Shown here in pieces: positions 47,207-57,977 of a DNA stretch of 64,000 nt; position 1 is the stretch's first letter, and every line of letters starts with the position of its first letter. A model generated the notes under the pieces. That model saw only the letters and a list, made by a program, of their open reading frames with translations. It did no database searches and was not told where the DNA came from. The translations under genes and the position numbers were made by a program. The stretch is from contig JBAYWG010000001.1 of NCBI GenBank assembly GCA_041674225.1, positions 390,273 to 454,272 of the forward strand, in the 5' to 3' direction. The stretch is from Minisyncoccota bacterium (GTDB taxonomy: Bacteria; Patescibacteriota; Minisyncoccia; Phycocordibacterales; JAACPR01).

Positions 47207-48343
47207 ATGAAAAAAGTAAACTTTGAAAAAATAAAAACTATTGATGACCTGGGAGATATTAAGGGGAAGAAGGTTTTATTGCGATTGAGCTTGAATGTGC
47301 CTGTAGAAAAGGGACATGTGGTGGATCCTTTTCGTATTGAAATGGCGATTCCAACTATTATGGAGCTTAGAGATAAAGGTGCAAAAGTTATTCTTTTAAG
47401 CCATATTGGACGAGATCCAAAAGAAACATTGGAGCCGATAATGAGATATCTTCAAGACACTCTGCCTGTGGTTTTTATACGAGATATTTTTTCAAACAAT
47501 GTTCAAAAAATGATTGATTATGCAGCTCCTGGAAGTGTAATTATTTTTGAAAACTTACGCCGACATGAAGGTGAAGAGAAAAATGATCCTGAATTTGCAA
47601 AACATCTCGCATCCTTTGGAGATATTTATATAAACGATTCTTTTCCTGAATGCCACAGAAAGCACGCTTCAATTGTGGGTATTCCGGAACTTCTACCAAG
47701 TTTTGCAGGAAGACAACTGATACAAGAGATCACAAATCTTTCAAAATCATTCAACCCAGAGCATCCGTTTTTGTTTATTTTAGGTGGAGCAAAAGTAGAA
47801 ACAAAACTGCCTTTAATAAATAATTTTCTAGATAATGCTGACAATATTTTTATTGGAGGAATTTTGGCGAATGATTTTCTAAAAACAATGAATCTACAAA
47901 CAGGAAAATCCGCTCTTTCAAATCAAACAGTTCCGAAGGAATTGCTGGATAATAAAAAGATTATTTTGCCATCTGACATTGTGGTAGACAGAAATGGTAA
48001 AAAGGAAAATATTCCACATGACGCTGTTTTGGAAAACGATAAAATTTTTGATATTGGAAGAAAAAGTGTTGAGACTGTTTGTGATTTGATCAAAAAAGCA
48101 AAATTTATTTTATGGAATGGCCCTGTTGGTTTTTGTGAAGGAGGTTTTTGTGAAGGAACCGAAATTATTGCTAATGCGATTGTGGAGAGTAAAGCTGTTT
48201 CAATTGTGGGAGGGGGAGATACTTTGGCCTCTGTTTCAGATGAAGTGCAAGCTAAAATGACTTTTATTTCTACAGGTGGTGGTGCGATGTTGGATTATCT
48301 TGCAAATGGAAATATTCCCGGTGTTGAAGCTCTAGAGAGATAA
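47207..48343 (+). CDS. pgk: Phosphoglycerate kinase
   Basis: LNVP, SHIGR, LGGAK, WNGPVG, GGGDT, STGGGA. Confidence 0.96.
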   Translation: MKKVNFEKIKTIDDLGDIKGKKVLLRLSLNVPVEKGHVVDPFRIEMAIPTIMELRDKGAKVILLSHIGRDPKETLEPIMRYLQDTLPVVFIRDIFSNNVQKMIDYAAPGSVIIFENLRRHEGEEKNDPEFAKHLASFGDIYINDSFPECHRKHASIVGIPELLPSFAGRQLIQEITNLSKSFNPEHPFLFILGGAKVETKLPLINNFLDNADNIFIGGILANDFLKTMNLQTGKSALSNQTVPKELLDNKKIILPSDIVVDRNGKKENIPHDAVLENDKIFDIGRKSVETVCDLIKKAKFILWNGPVGFCEGGFCEGTEIIANAIVESKAVSIVGGGDTLASVSDEVQAKMTFISTGGGAMLDYLANGNIPGVEALER

Positions 48344-48344
48344 A

Positions 48345-48743
48345 TTACAAGAAAGATTTTATTTTCTCTGCCATTTCTTTTAATTGCTCTGGTGATTCGT
48401 CGTGTGCCAAGATCGGATTTATTTCGTGTTCTTTGAAAAGGGGGATTAGGTGTAGATGTGCATGAGGGACTCCAAAACCTTCCACTGCCATTCCTACACG
48501 TACACAAGCCGTAGCTTTTTGTATTGCTGGTGCAATTTTTGTCGCTAATTCAAAAATTCCCAAATACGTTGCTTTGTCTAAATCAAAAATATAATCCATT
48601 GGTTTTTTAGGGATTATTAGAGTATGACCTAAGTTTATTGGTTTGATGTCTATGAATACAAAGTAATTTTCATCTTCATATATTTTGTCACAAGGAATCT
48701 CTCCAGAGATAATTCGTTCAAATATTGTTGGGTTTAAGCTCAT
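48345..48743 (-). CDS. HIT family hydrolase
   Basis: GHTLIIPK, VPHAHLHLIP. Confidence 0.93.
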   Translation of the reverse strand: MSLNPTIFERIISGEIPCDKIYEDENYFVFIDIKPINLGHTLIIPKKPMDYIFDLDKATYLGIFELATKIAPAIQKATACVRVGMAVEGFGVPHAHLHLIPLFKEHEINPILAHDESPEQLKEMAEKIKSFL

Positions 48744-48771
48744 AAATTCATAATATGCTAAAATCGAGCAC

Positions 48772-50472
48772 ATGAAAAGATACGAGTTACGAGAAGGTGT
48801 TCCAGAAAAAGTAACTCAAGAATTGGCTGGTTATCCAGAATTGGTACAAAAACTTTTATTTCATCGAGGAATTTCAGATTATAATGCTGCAGAAATATTT
48901 TTTAAACCAGATTTCGAAAGAGATTTGCACGATCCTTTTTTGCTTCCGAACATGGATGAAGCTGTAAATCGAATTTTGTTAGCGATAAAAGAAAATCACA
49001 GATTCACTATTTATTCTGATTATGACGCTGATGGAATTCCAGCGTCCGTGGCTTTGCATGATTTTTTTAAGAAAATTGGTTACGAGAATTTTGATGTATA
49101 TATTCCACATAGAAACAGAGAGGGTTTTGGGTTGAATAAAAAAGCAATTCAAGAAATCGCCTCACGAGGTTCAAAGTTGATGATCACCGTCGATTGTGGG
49201 ACTTCGGATGTAGATGAAGTGGCACTTGCCAGGTCTCTAGGAATTGATGTGATTATCACCGATCATCATGAAGCTCATGAAGTTTTGCCAGATGCGATAA
49301 TTGTTAACCACAAATTGATTGGTTCAAAATATCCGGAAAGAATTTTGTGTGGTGCAGGTGTAGTTTTTAAATTGATTCAAGCTTTGATTGCGAAAGGAGA
49401 TTTTAATTTACCGAAAGGTTTTGAAAAATGGTTTTTGGATATGATTGGAATTGCAACTTTGGCAGACATGGTGCCATTGGTGGGGGAGAATCGAGCACTG
49501 GCGCATTACGGTTTGATTGTGTTGCGCAAATCTCCAAGGCCTGGATTGCAGCAACTTCTCCGAAAAACTCGAACAAATCAAAATCAAATTAGTGTAATGG
49601 ATGTTGGGTTTACAATTGCTCCTAGAATCAATGCGGCATCGAGAATGGGAGAGCCTGATGTGGCATTTAATTTGTTGGCAGAAAAATCTTTTGAAAAAGT
49701 TGGTGCGCTTGTGGATCATTTACATGAAATTAATGATCAAAGAAAAGGTCATGTGGCTGTGATTACAAAAGCTGTGTATCAAAAAATGCATGAGATGGAA
49801 AATTCTGATGAATTGAAAGTGATTGTTGCAGGTAATCCTTTGTGGCAGCCTTCTCTTTTAGGGCTTGCTGCTAGCTCTGTGGTGGAAAAGTACCAGAAGC
49901 CAGTTTTTCTTTGGGGAAGAGGCGATGGAGAAGAATTAAAGGGTTCTTGTCGAAGTATTGAAGGTGTGAGTACTTTGGAATTATTAAATGATGTATCTGA
50001 TTTATTTCATGCTCATGGTGGGCACGATCAGGCTGGGGGTTTCGTTGTGCAATCAGAACATGTGGATTTTTTGCAAGACCGTTTATCTGCTGCTTATGAA
50101 AAATGCGTTTCTGAACAATCTGAACAAGTTGTTTTTCTAGATGCAGAAATTACAATCCCAGAAATTAATTATTCTTTTTTTAATCAAGTTCAAAAATTGA
50201 GTCCCTTCGGTATTGGAAATGAAGAGCCAAAATTTTTAGTTAAAAATATTTTAGTTAATGATGTGCAGAAGTTCGGAAAAAATAAAGAGCACATAAAGAT
50301 AATTTGCGAAGATAACGGAAAGCAAATCGAAGCAATTTCTTTCTTTTCAAATGAAGATTCTTTTTCAAATCCAGTGAAAAAAGATATGAAAATTTCTATT
50401 GTTGCAATTATTGAGAAAAACCAGTGGGGAAAGAGTAGCTTAAGATTGAGAATTTTGGATGTGCTTCTCTAA
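48772..50472 (+). CDS. recJ: ssDNA exonuclease RecJ
   Basis: DYDADG, TVDCG, TDHH, PRINAASR, GGH. Confidence 0.95.
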   Translation: MKRYELREGVPEKVTQELAGYPELVQKLLFHRGISDYNAAEIFFKPDFERDLHDPFLLPNMDEAVNRILLAIKENHRFTIYSDYDADGIPASVALHDFFKKIGYENFDVYIPHRNREGFGLNKKAIQEIASRGSKLMITVDCGTSDVDEVALARSLGIDVIITDHHEAHEVLPDAIIVNHKLIGSKYPERILCGAGVVFKLIQALIAKGDFNLPKGFEKWFLDMIGIATLADMVPLVGENRALAHYGLIVLRKSPRPGLQQLLRKTRTNQNQISVMDVGFTIAPRINAASRMGEPDVAFNLLAEKSFEKVGALVDHLHEINDQRKGHVAVITKAVYQKMHEMENSDELKVIVAGNPLWQPSLLGLAASSVVEKYQKPVFLWGRGDGEELKGSCRSIEGVSTLELLNDVSDLFHAHGGHDQAGGFVVQSEHVDFLQDRLSAAYEKCVSEQSEQVVFLDAEITIPEINYSFFNQVQKLSPFGIGNEEPKFLVKNILVNDVQKFGKNKEHIKIICEDNGKQIEAISFFSNEDSFSNPVKKDMKISIVAIIEKNQWGKSSLRLRILDVLL

Positions 50473-50889
50473 TACTTCATTCACTTTTATTAAAATCTCA
50501 TCTAGGGTAAGTGTTGCTTTTACTAAATATTTTTCTGCACCTAGACTTAAACCTTTTTCAATTTCTTCTTTTTGACCAAAGTTTGAAAGAATAACAACTG
50601 GAATATTTTTTGTTTCTTCTTTGCTTTTGATTTCTTCAAGAATCTCAAAACCATTTTTTCCAGGAAGTAAGATATCCAAAATAATAATATCTGGAGTAGT
50701 TGTTTTTAAAATAGCAAAAGCTTGATCAGCGTCGATTGCGTGTAATAGTGTGCATTTATTGATAGAGCACTTTCTAGAAATCATGTCTGACAAAAGCAAA
50801 TCATCTTCCACCCACATGATGACTTTGTCTGTTGGCTGATCTCCTTCACAAAGTACTTCCGAATCAACATCTATATCGTTTTTACTCAT
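50440..50889 (-). CDS. Single-domain response regulator
   Basis: VEDD, LDILLP..NG, ILSN, YLVK. Confidence 0.9.
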   Translation of the reverse strand: MSKNDIDVDSEVLCEGDQPTDKVIMWVEDDLLLSDMISRKCSINKCTLLHAIDADQAFAILKTTTPDIIILDILLPGKNGFEILEEIKSKEETKNIPVVILSNFGQKEEIEKGLSLGAEKYLVKATLTLDEILIKVNEVLEKHIQNSQS

Positions 50890-50918
50890 GATTTTATTGT
50901 AGCACTATATAAATAAAT

Positions 50919-52484
50919 CTACATCCTTTTAGTCGTTGGGAGTTCTATATAGAAAGACGTCTCACCTTCTTTTGTGCTTTCAAACCATATTCTTCCACCA
51001 TGGTCTTCTACGATGTTTTTGGTAATAAAAAGCCCAACTCCTAGCCCTTCAGTCTCTTTTCTTATAGCATTTTTAGCTCTGAAGAATCTTTGGAATATGT
51101 TTTCGGCCTCTTCTTTTGGAATACCGATTCCTTTGTTTTTCACAATTACTTGCAAAGTGGTATTAATTTTTCTGGTCTCAATATTTATAACGCTGTTTTC
51201 ATTACCGTATTTAATTGCATTATCTATAAGGTTTTGTAGGACGATTGAGATTTTTTTGTGGTCAATTTCTGCCATAAGTTTTTCTGCTGGCCGCTTCCAT
51301 TCAATTTTTATATTTCTCTTCACAGACAATGAGTTCACAGATTTTAATGTGTCTTCAATCACTTCAGACATATCTGAACTTTTGAAAACATAATCATATT
51401 TTTCTTTTGTATATAAATCGATATCTAGTAAATCGTTCACTAACTCAATAACTTTATTGTTGCTACTGATATTTTTTTCTAAAAAGTTTTTCTGATCGTC
51501 GGTAAGTTTTCCTATTTCATCATTCTTTAACATTGTAAGACCCCATTTAATTGCTGAAAGGGGAGTTCTCAATTGATGAGCTGCCACAGAAATGAACTCA
51601 GATTTCTTTTCGTCTAGTTTTTTCAAATCATCATAAGCTAGTTGAAGTTCCGTTGTTCTTTGTGCGATAGTCTTTTCAAGAGATTCATTTACAGATGTTA
51701 ATTCCTCTGTTTTTTCACGGACTTGTCTTTCCAATTCTTTTTTACTCATCAAAGAAAGCCATTCATCCATACCCAGAATTCTCTCTGGAATGATTTTTAG
51801 AACCACAGCAGAAAGTTCTGCATTATATTGTTGTTTGAAATTTGTAAAAATATCTCGGAAAATATTCTTTGTAAGTTTTTCTCCTAGTGATAATTCAATT
51901 TTGCCATATAGAACATTAACTAAATTTTTGAATGATTTTGTTATTTCATCCATTTGATAATTGAATCCGTCGTTGATGCTTTGATCTATTAGACAAAAAT
52001 CTAAACCATTTGGTGTGATTTTAATTTTAGAAAGAAAAGGATCTTTGATATCTTTCATTGTTTTTACTAATGTCGCATTTCCTAAGTGTTCATTTATATA
52101 TTCAACAAGTTTAAATATGAAGTTTTCATAAATAGAAATAGTCTGTTCCTTTTTAGGAAGAAAAATAAGCCTAAAGCCCAATGAAAGCTTCTTTGTATCA
52201 GCCTCTCTTTTTAATGCCTCTCTCAGTGTTTCAGGTGTGTAGTTTTTATAATTTTCTGTCTTATTGTTTATTATAAATTCTTCCCAGTTTAAATAAAGAT
52301 TTATAAATACTTCATCATTGCCATCTCTATATTTTTTCTTTAGGCGATTGTATTGGAAAAGATAATTTTCGATTGTGTCAGGATGATGACTAATACTTGC
52401 TAGAAAAGAAAAAATTTTGTCTGCCTCAGTGGGCTTTGTTGGTTTTTGTGAAAAAAAATTATTGAAGAAAGGTATTCTAAACAT
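50919..52484 (-). CDS. Sensor histidine kinase (soluble)
   Basis: AAHQLRTPL H-box, NLIDNAIKY, GIGIP, GLGVGLFI. Confidence 0.92.
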   Translation of the reverse strand: MFRIPFFNNFFSQKPTKPTEADKIFSFLASISHHPDTIENYLFQYNRLKKKYRDGNDEVFINLYLNWEEFIINNKTENYKNYTPETLREALKREADTKKLSLGFRLIFLPKKEQTISIYENFIFKLVEYINEHLGNATLVKTMKDIKDPFLSKIKITPNGLDFCLIDQSINDGFNYQMDEITKSFKNLVNVLYGKIELSLGEKLTKNIFRDIFTNFKQQYNAELSAVVLKIIPERILGMDEWLSLMSKKELERQVREKTEELTSVNESLEKTIAQRTTELQLAYDDLKKLDEKKSEFISVAAHQLRTPLSAIKWGLTMLKNDEIGKLTDDQKNFLEKNISSNNKVIELVNDLLDIDLYTKEKYDYVFKSSDMSEVIEDTLKSVNSLSVKRNIKIEWKRPAEKLMAEIDHKKISIVLQNLIDNAIKYGNENSVINIETRKINTTLQVIVKNKGIGIPKEEAENIFQRFFRAKNAIRKETEGLGVGLFITKNIVEDHGGRIWFESTKEGETSFYIELPTTKRM

Positions 52485-53175
52485 GGTATTTTTTTGTGAA
52501 ATAAATCCCTACTACAATAGTAATCCAAGAAATTAAAAGAACAACATCGCTAATGTCTCCAAAGTAGGAAATGTCATTCCAAGATCTGTAAAAGAATAAA
52601 ATATTACTAATTGCTAATAAAATTAATCCGCTAGATAGACACACAATTCCACAGTGTGTTCTTTTCCCAGAAATTCTTATTGCCATAACTCCGATTGTAA
52701 TAAGAAAAGTATTTAATATTTGTACCCATCCTAAAAAGAAAGATGTTGCAAAATAGGTAATTAAAAAAACAAAAATTGTTTCTACGAATACAAATTTTGG
52801 AAGATTTAATTTATATGTTGTAAGTAATAGATATAAACCAGCGACCATTAAAAGTGATTCTACTAACCATAATGTTTTATTGATTTGAATTTGAGTATTG
52901 AAATCTATTAAAAGTATATTAATCAAAGACAGTACACCGGAGATTCCAAAATATAACAAACTTTTACCTACAAAATTTTTGATACCAATTTTATTTATAC
53001 TTTCGATTACTAAAAATATTCCAATAATCAAAGTGATGTAAAGTGAAGTTTGAAATACTGACTGTAGAAAAGGGGAGATACCTAGTATTGTGATAAAAAA
53101 TATTCCACACAAGAAAGCTAAAAGTGAAATTATTGCAAAAGTCCTCTCTAATTTATCACAAGAATTTGTAAGCAT
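52477..53175 (-). CDS. Polytopic membrane protein
   Basis: About 7 TM; paralogous C-terminus to 53177 ORF; overlaps the kinase start. Confidence 0.75.
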   Translation of the reverse strand: MLTNSCDKLERTFAIISLLAFLCGIFFITILGISPFLQSVFQTSLYITLIIGIFLVIESINKIGIKNFVGKSLLYFGISGVLSLINILLIDFNTQIQINKTLWLVESLLMVAGLYLLLTTYKLNLPKFVFVETIFVFLITYFATSFFLGWVQILNTFLITIGVMAIRISGKRTHCGIVCLSSGLILLAISNILFFYRSWNDISYFGDISDVVLLISWITIVVGIYFTKKYHV

Positions 53176-53176
53176 T

Positions 53177-53974
53177 TTATATTTCGAAGTTTTTTCTTTC
53201 TGGCATTTTAGATAATAAAATCACAGCGTAAGTAAAGATGATTGATGAAAGTACGTACAGTTGATCTGCTATATCGCCGTTCCAAACAATTTCTGTTGCT
53301 GTTCTATAGCTAAAGACAAGGTCTGCCATAGTGATTGTAAACATAGCTAAAACCCAAACCAAAATACCTCTGTAAATTTTCCCTCCAGCCATAATAAGTA
53401 GTGCCACACCTCCTCCTACATAAATAGAGTCACTCAAAGCAAACCCAAAGTTGAAGAAGTTTTCCCAAAATGGTAATTCCCCAGAAATTTCTGGCTTACC
53501 TACAAAGAACAACATTGCTAAAACTAAAATCAAAAACACGCCAGAAGCTGACACAATACTACTTGCTTTAGCGCTTGTTCTGTAAATTTGTAGAAGTGAG
53601 CCAACAGCTAAAGCATATGGAATTGTCATTGCTAAGAAAAATATATCTGCAATAGATGGATATGGAACACTTATGTTTTCTGCGAAGTTGTAATAAACCC
53701 AAATAATCGAACCGATTGCAAATAATGCGTTTGCAATTCCTGTATTTAAAATTGCAGTAGAGACACCCCCTCTGTCACCAATTTTTTTATAATATTGAAA
53801 ACAAATTATTGCAGAAATAGCAAAAACTAACCCTAGAACTAAAGAAGCCCAGTTAGTTATAGAACTATCTGTTTGTTCTGTGAATTGTATCCATAAGAAA
53901 AAAGCGATAGAGCCAAATCCTGATAATGTGATTATTGTAAAAGCTTTTCTGTGAAATTTTTGTAGTAAATCCAT
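53177..53974 (-). CDS. Polytopic membrane protein (sensor-like)
   Basis: About 8 TM; PYPSIADIFFL motif typical of membrane sensor domains. Confidence 0.75.
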   Translation of the reverse strand: MDLLQKFHRKAFTIITLSGFGSIAFFLWIQFTEQTDSSITNWASLVLGLVFAISAIICFQYYKKIGDRGGVSTAILNTGIANALFAIGSIIWVYYNFAENISVPYPSIADIFFLAMTIPYALAVGSLLQIYRTSAKASSIVSASGVFLILVLAMLFFVGKPEISGELPFWENFFNFGFALSDSIYVGGGVALLIMAGGKIYRGILVWVLAMFTITMADLVFSYRTATEIVWNGDIADQLYVLSSIIFTYAVILLSKMPERKNFEI

Positions 53975-54048
53975 GACTAAATTGTAGCATTTATTTAATT
54001 AATTTAAGGTTTTTTATAAACAATATTTTGCGTGATATACTTCTCAAA

Positions 54049-54750
54049 ATGAAAATCGCAACAATTTTTACAGATGGTGCATCTCGAGGTAATCCTGGGC
54101 CGGGGGGTTGGGGATCAATTATTTCTTTTAATGGGGAGATTTTAGAAATTGGGGGACGAGAATCCAAAACTACAAACAACAGAATGGAGTTAACTGCTGT
54201 GACAAGCGCTTTAAGTGGTTTAGTTGAAACTAAAAAAACAGAAAATGTAATTATTTTTACTGATTCGAGTTATGTTTTAAATGGTTCTACAAAGTGGATT
54301 CATGGTTGGAAGAGAAATGATTGGAAAAAACAAGATAAAAGTGAAGTTTTAAATAAAGATCTTTGGGAGAAGATGGACTTTCTTTTGGAAAATTTAAATG
54401 TGGAATGGAATCTAGTAGCAGGGCACGCTGGTGTAGCAGGTAATGAGCGGTGTGATGTTATTGCTACTTCTTTTGCGGACAACAATCCAATAGATTTATA
54501 TTCTGGACCCGCAGACAAATATTTTGTTGATATTAAAAATATTGCTCCTTTGGCTGTAAATAAAGACGCAAAAAACAGAGCTAAAACAAAGGCCTATAGC
54601 TATTTGTCTTTAATTAATGGAGAGTTGGTAAAACATTCAACTTGGGCTGAATGTGAAGAAAGAGTGCGAGGTGTAAAAGGTGCAAAATATAGAAAAAGCA
54701 TTTCACCACAAGATGAAATGGATATTATTGCCGAGTGGAACGGGAAATAA
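54049..54750 (+). CDS. rnhA: Ribonuclease HI with C-terminal hybrid-binding (viroplasmin-like) domain
   Basis: FTDGASRGNPGPGGWG, TTNNRMEL, GHAG..GNERCD; C-terminal TWAECEERVRGVKGAKYRK. Confidence 0.92.
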   Translation: MKIATIFTDGASRGNPGPGGWGSIISFNGEILEIGGRESKTTNNRMELTAVTSALSGLVETKKTENVIIFTDSSYVLNGSTKWIHGWKRNDWKKQDKSEVLNKDLWEKMDFLLENLNVEWNLVAGHAGVAGNERCDVIATSFADNNPIDLYSGPADKYFVDIKNIAPLAVNKDAKNRAKTKAYSYLSLINGELVKHSTWAECEERVRGVKGAKYRKSISPQDEMDIIAEWNGK

Positions 54751-54826
54751 AATTTCGTTAAATTTTCTCTAGAGATTCTCTGAATTTTATTGCGATGTTA
54801 TTTTGGAGAAGTCATATCATTTAGAG

Positions 54827-56206
54827 ATGCTTTTTTATAGCGTTGTGTTTTCTTTTTTAGCTGGAGTTTTTTTGTTTGAAGTGATTGGTTTGAAGATTTA
54901 TTCAATCGTTTTTATATTTTTGGTTGGTGTATATTGTTTGATTGCATTTAAAAACTTTCAGATATTTCTGGTGGTTTTATTATTCCTGATTGGTGGATGG
55001 AGGATTTTAAATATAGAGAAAATTAACAATGCGGATTTTTTGTTAAACAAAGATTCTCAATTCGAAGGAGTGGTGGTGAGCGAACCGGATAAAAGGGAAT
55101 TTAATACGCATTATGTCGTTGAATTAAAAGAGTATGATTCGTTAGTCAGAATAACTTTACCTAGATTTCCAGAACTTGCCTTTAATATGCAAATTGTATT
55201 CTCGGGTAAATTACAATCACCGGAAAGTTTTGAAAATGAAAATGGAATCGAATTTGATTATCCAAAATTTTTAGCAAAAGACGGTATTGCATACCTGATG
55301 TTTTATCCTAAGTTAATCTCTAGAGAAGAAAATGCTCCAGAAAATTTTTTAAATAAAATCTGGATCGGTTTTTATAAAACATTAATCAAAATTAAGAGTG
55401 TTTTTTCGGTGAGTTTGCAAAAAGAATTAAAAGAACCGCAAGCGGGTTTGGCGTCAGGAATATTAATTGGATCAAAACAAGCGTTAGGAAAAGATTTACT
55501 GGAAGATTTTAGAAGGGCAGGGTTGATACATCTCGTGGTTTTGTCTGGATATAATGTAACGATTATTGCAGATGCAATCCGAAAACTTCTCTCTGGACTG
55601 CCGATTTTTTACGCAAAAAATTTATCAATATTTTTTATAATATCTTTTGCAATTCTCACTGGGGCTAGTGCGACGACAATTAGAGCCAGTATTATGGCCA
55701 TAATTGCAGTGCTTTCTTTTTCAACTTCTAGAAAGTATCAAGTAAATAGGGCACTCTGGGTCGCCGCTTTCCTTATGGTACTTCACAATCCGAGAATTCT
55801 TACCGGCGACCCAGGCTTCCAGCTCTCATTCGTTGCCACTCTCGGATTGATTCACGTCAGCCCGCTTATTTCAGAAAAATTAAAATTCATAACTGAAAGA
55901 TTTCAAATCCGCGAAATAATCTCCACAACAATCGCCACTCAAATCACAGTTTTACCTCTGTTGGTAAAAATGACAGGAGAAATATCTGTAGTTGCGATGA
56001 TTTCAAATCTTTTAGTTTTGCCATTTATGCCTTTGGCGATGCTTCTCTCAGCAATATCTGGAGCTTTTTCATTTCTAAATCCAATAATAAAAATTGTTTC
56101 TCTCGTAGCTTATATAATTTTGAGTTTTATTATTTTTGTCGCAGAGTGGACTTCGAGTTTATCTTTTGCAGTCGTCAAAATTTCTTTCAACAATCTCCCA
56201 ATTTAA
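54827..56206 (+). CDS. comEC: ComEC/Rec2 competence channel (OB + competence domains)
   Basis: GLIHLVVLSGYNV, RASIM, DPGFQLSF. Confidence 0.9.
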   Translation: MLFYSVVFSFLAGVFLFEVIGLKIYSIVFIFLVGVYCLIAFKNFQIFLVVLLFLIGGWRILNIEKINNADFLLNKDSQFEGVVVSEPDKREFNTHYVVELKEYDSLVRITLPRFPELAFNMQIVFSGKLQSPESFENENGIEFDYPKFLAKDGIAYLMFYPKLISREENAPENFLNKIWIGFYKTLIKIKSVFSVSLQKELKEPQAGLASGILIGSKQALGKDLLEDFRRAGLIHLVVLSGYNVTIIADAIRKLLSGLPIFYAKNLSIFFIISFAILTGASATTIRASIMAIIAVLSFSTSRKYQVNRALWVAAFLMVLHNPRILTGDPGFQLSFVATLGLIHVSPLISEKLKFITERFQIREIISTTIATQITVLPLLVKMTGEISVVAMISNLLVLPFMPLAMLLSAISGAFSFLNPIIKIVSLVAYIILSFIIFVAEWTSSLSFAVVKISFNNLPI

Positions 56207-56746
56207 ATTCGCAAAAAAGTCTTCGATGTAAGTCGCTTTTCCTGAAGGTAAATAGTCTGCAACAAAAGAGTGTTCCCACATATCTAGAGCCAAAATCGGT
56301 GTGCAACCATTTAAATGTCCTAAATGCTGCTCATCAATCCAAGAGTTCAAAAGTTGATTTGTTTTTGGATCGAAATATAAAATAGCCCAACCGATTCCGC
56401 GAGTTTTTGCAATTGTTTTAAATCTATTAATCCAATTTTCAAATGAACCAAAATCTTCTGTAATTTTATTTTTTAAATCTCCTTCAGAAATTTCTTTAGC
56501 ACCACCTTCTAGTGATTCAAAATAAACTTCATGATTTCGCATTCCGTCGAATTCAAAAGAGAAGCGTCTTTGCATTTCAGAGATAGCATAAGCATCTTTT
56601 TCAGCATCTCGAGTTGATACTTCTTCCAAAATTAAGTTTGCGTGTTTTACATAACCTTCATAAAGTTTTACATGTTCCTCTATAGTTTTCTCTGAAATTC
56701 CTTTTAAAACTGGGACATTAAACTTTTTTGCTTCAAATTTTTGCAT
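56159..56746 (-). CDS. Fe/Mn superoxide dismutase family
   Basis: H..LYEGYV, NHEVYF, FGSFE.W, GWA, DMWEH. Confidence 0.88.
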   Translation of the reverse strand: MQKFEAKKFNVPVLKGISEKTIEEHVKLYEGYVKHANLILEEVSTRDAEKDAYAISEMQRRFSFEFDGMRNHEVYFESLEGGAKEISEGDLKNKITEDFGSFENWINRFKTIAKTRGIGWAILYFDPKTNQLLNSWIDEQHLGHLNGCTPILALDMWEHSFVADYLPSGKATYIEDFFANLNWEIVERNFDDCKR

Positions 56747-56807
56747 TTTATTTATAATTTAGATTCTTTTAATAAAGACATTATATCAAACTGATACAAT
56801 ACTTATC

Positions 56808-57683
56808 GTGAATAATATATTAACTCCGCAGGAAATCAAAAAGCTTTCTATAAACCTAGTTCTGCTGGCTACTCTTTTATTTACTGCCATTTCAGGTTGG
56901 CTACAGATTGCCACAAATGAAAATAAGGGTAATTTGCAGGTGAGTTTCCTAGATGTGGGTCAGGGCGATGCTATTTTTATTGAAGCTCCAAACAAAATGC
57001 AGGTCATCATCGACACTGGTCCAAACGGCAAAATATTAGAATCTTTAAATAATAAAATATCTTTTTTCGATCAAAGTATTGATGCTGTGATTTTGACTCA
57101 TCCAGACTTGGATCACATCGGTGGAACAATCGATTTATTTAATTCCTACGAAATTCCTTTATTGATTTCTGCCACAAGTTCAAAACAAACCGACGCCACT
57201 GAAGAGATCAAAACTTTATCTGTTGAAAGAAGAGAAGTAAAAGAAGGTGACATTCTAATGATTGACGCAGAGAAAAATATTTATTTAGAAATATTGCATC
57301 CAGAAACTGATTACATAAGTGTGGATTCAAACGATCAATCAATTGTGGCTAAATTAATTTTTGATCAGACCTGCTTTATTTTTATGGGAGACGCTTCAAA
57401 AGAAGTTGAAATGAAAATTATTAAAAAATACAGCGATAAAATAAAATGCGACGTTTTGAAAGTAGGGCATCACGGCTCGCACACTTCTTCAGAAGAAAAA
57501 TTTATTGGATTTGTGGCTCCAAAATACGCAATCATCTCTGCTGGAAAAGATAATAAATATGGGCATCCTCACAAAGAAGTCTTAGATACTCTTTCAAAAT
57601 TTAATGCAGAAATATTAAATACTGCAGATTTAGGAAATATCACTTTTTGGAGTGATGGGAAAACTATTGAGAGAGAATATTAG
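56808..57683 (+). CDS. ComEC-type metallo-beta-lactamase domain protein
   Basis: FLDVGQGDA, THPDLDHIGG, KVGHHGS, NKYGHPH. Confidence 0.9.
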   Translation: MNNILTPQEIKKLSINLVLLATLLFTAISGWLQIATNENKGNLQVSFLDVGQGDAIFIEAPNKMQVIIDTGPNGKILESLNNKISFFDQSIDAVILTHPDLDHIGGTIDLFNSYEIPLLISATSSKQTDATEEIKTLSVERREVKEGDILMIDAEKNIYLEILHPETDYISVDSNDQSIVAKLIFDQTCFIFMGDASKEVEMKIIKKYSDKIKCDVLKVGHHGSHTSSEEKFIGFVAPKYAIISAGKDNKYGHPHKEVLDTLSKFNAEILNTADLGNITFWSDGKTIEREY

Positions 57684-57922
57684 ATAACCCCAGCGTCTTT
57701 AAGAGCTTTGTACGCACCTTTTTTGTTGATAGTTTTGATAGCTCGAGTAGATAGAGTTAGGTTTAGAGTTTCGTTTATTTCTGGTACGAAAATTCGCTTC
57801 TTTTGCAGGTTAACATACTTTCGAACTTGTCCTGTCGGATTAAATTTAGTAGCACGAATACGGTTTGAGTATCCGCCACCCATTTGTGAATGCTTCCCAG
57901 TTATTGCGCATGCTTTTGCCAT
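57680..57922 (-). CDS. rpmB: 50S ribosomal protein L28
   Basis: MAKACAITGK..N..VNLQKKR..LSTRAIKTI. Confidence 0.9.
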   Translation of the reverse strand: MAKACAITGKHSQMGGGYSNRIRATKFNPTGQVRKYVNLQKKRIFVPEINETLNLTLSTRAIKTINKKGAYKALKDAGVI

Positions 57923-57977
57923 ATAATTTGTATTTAGTTTTGCCATACTACCAAACACTCTATATAATGCAAGTGTC

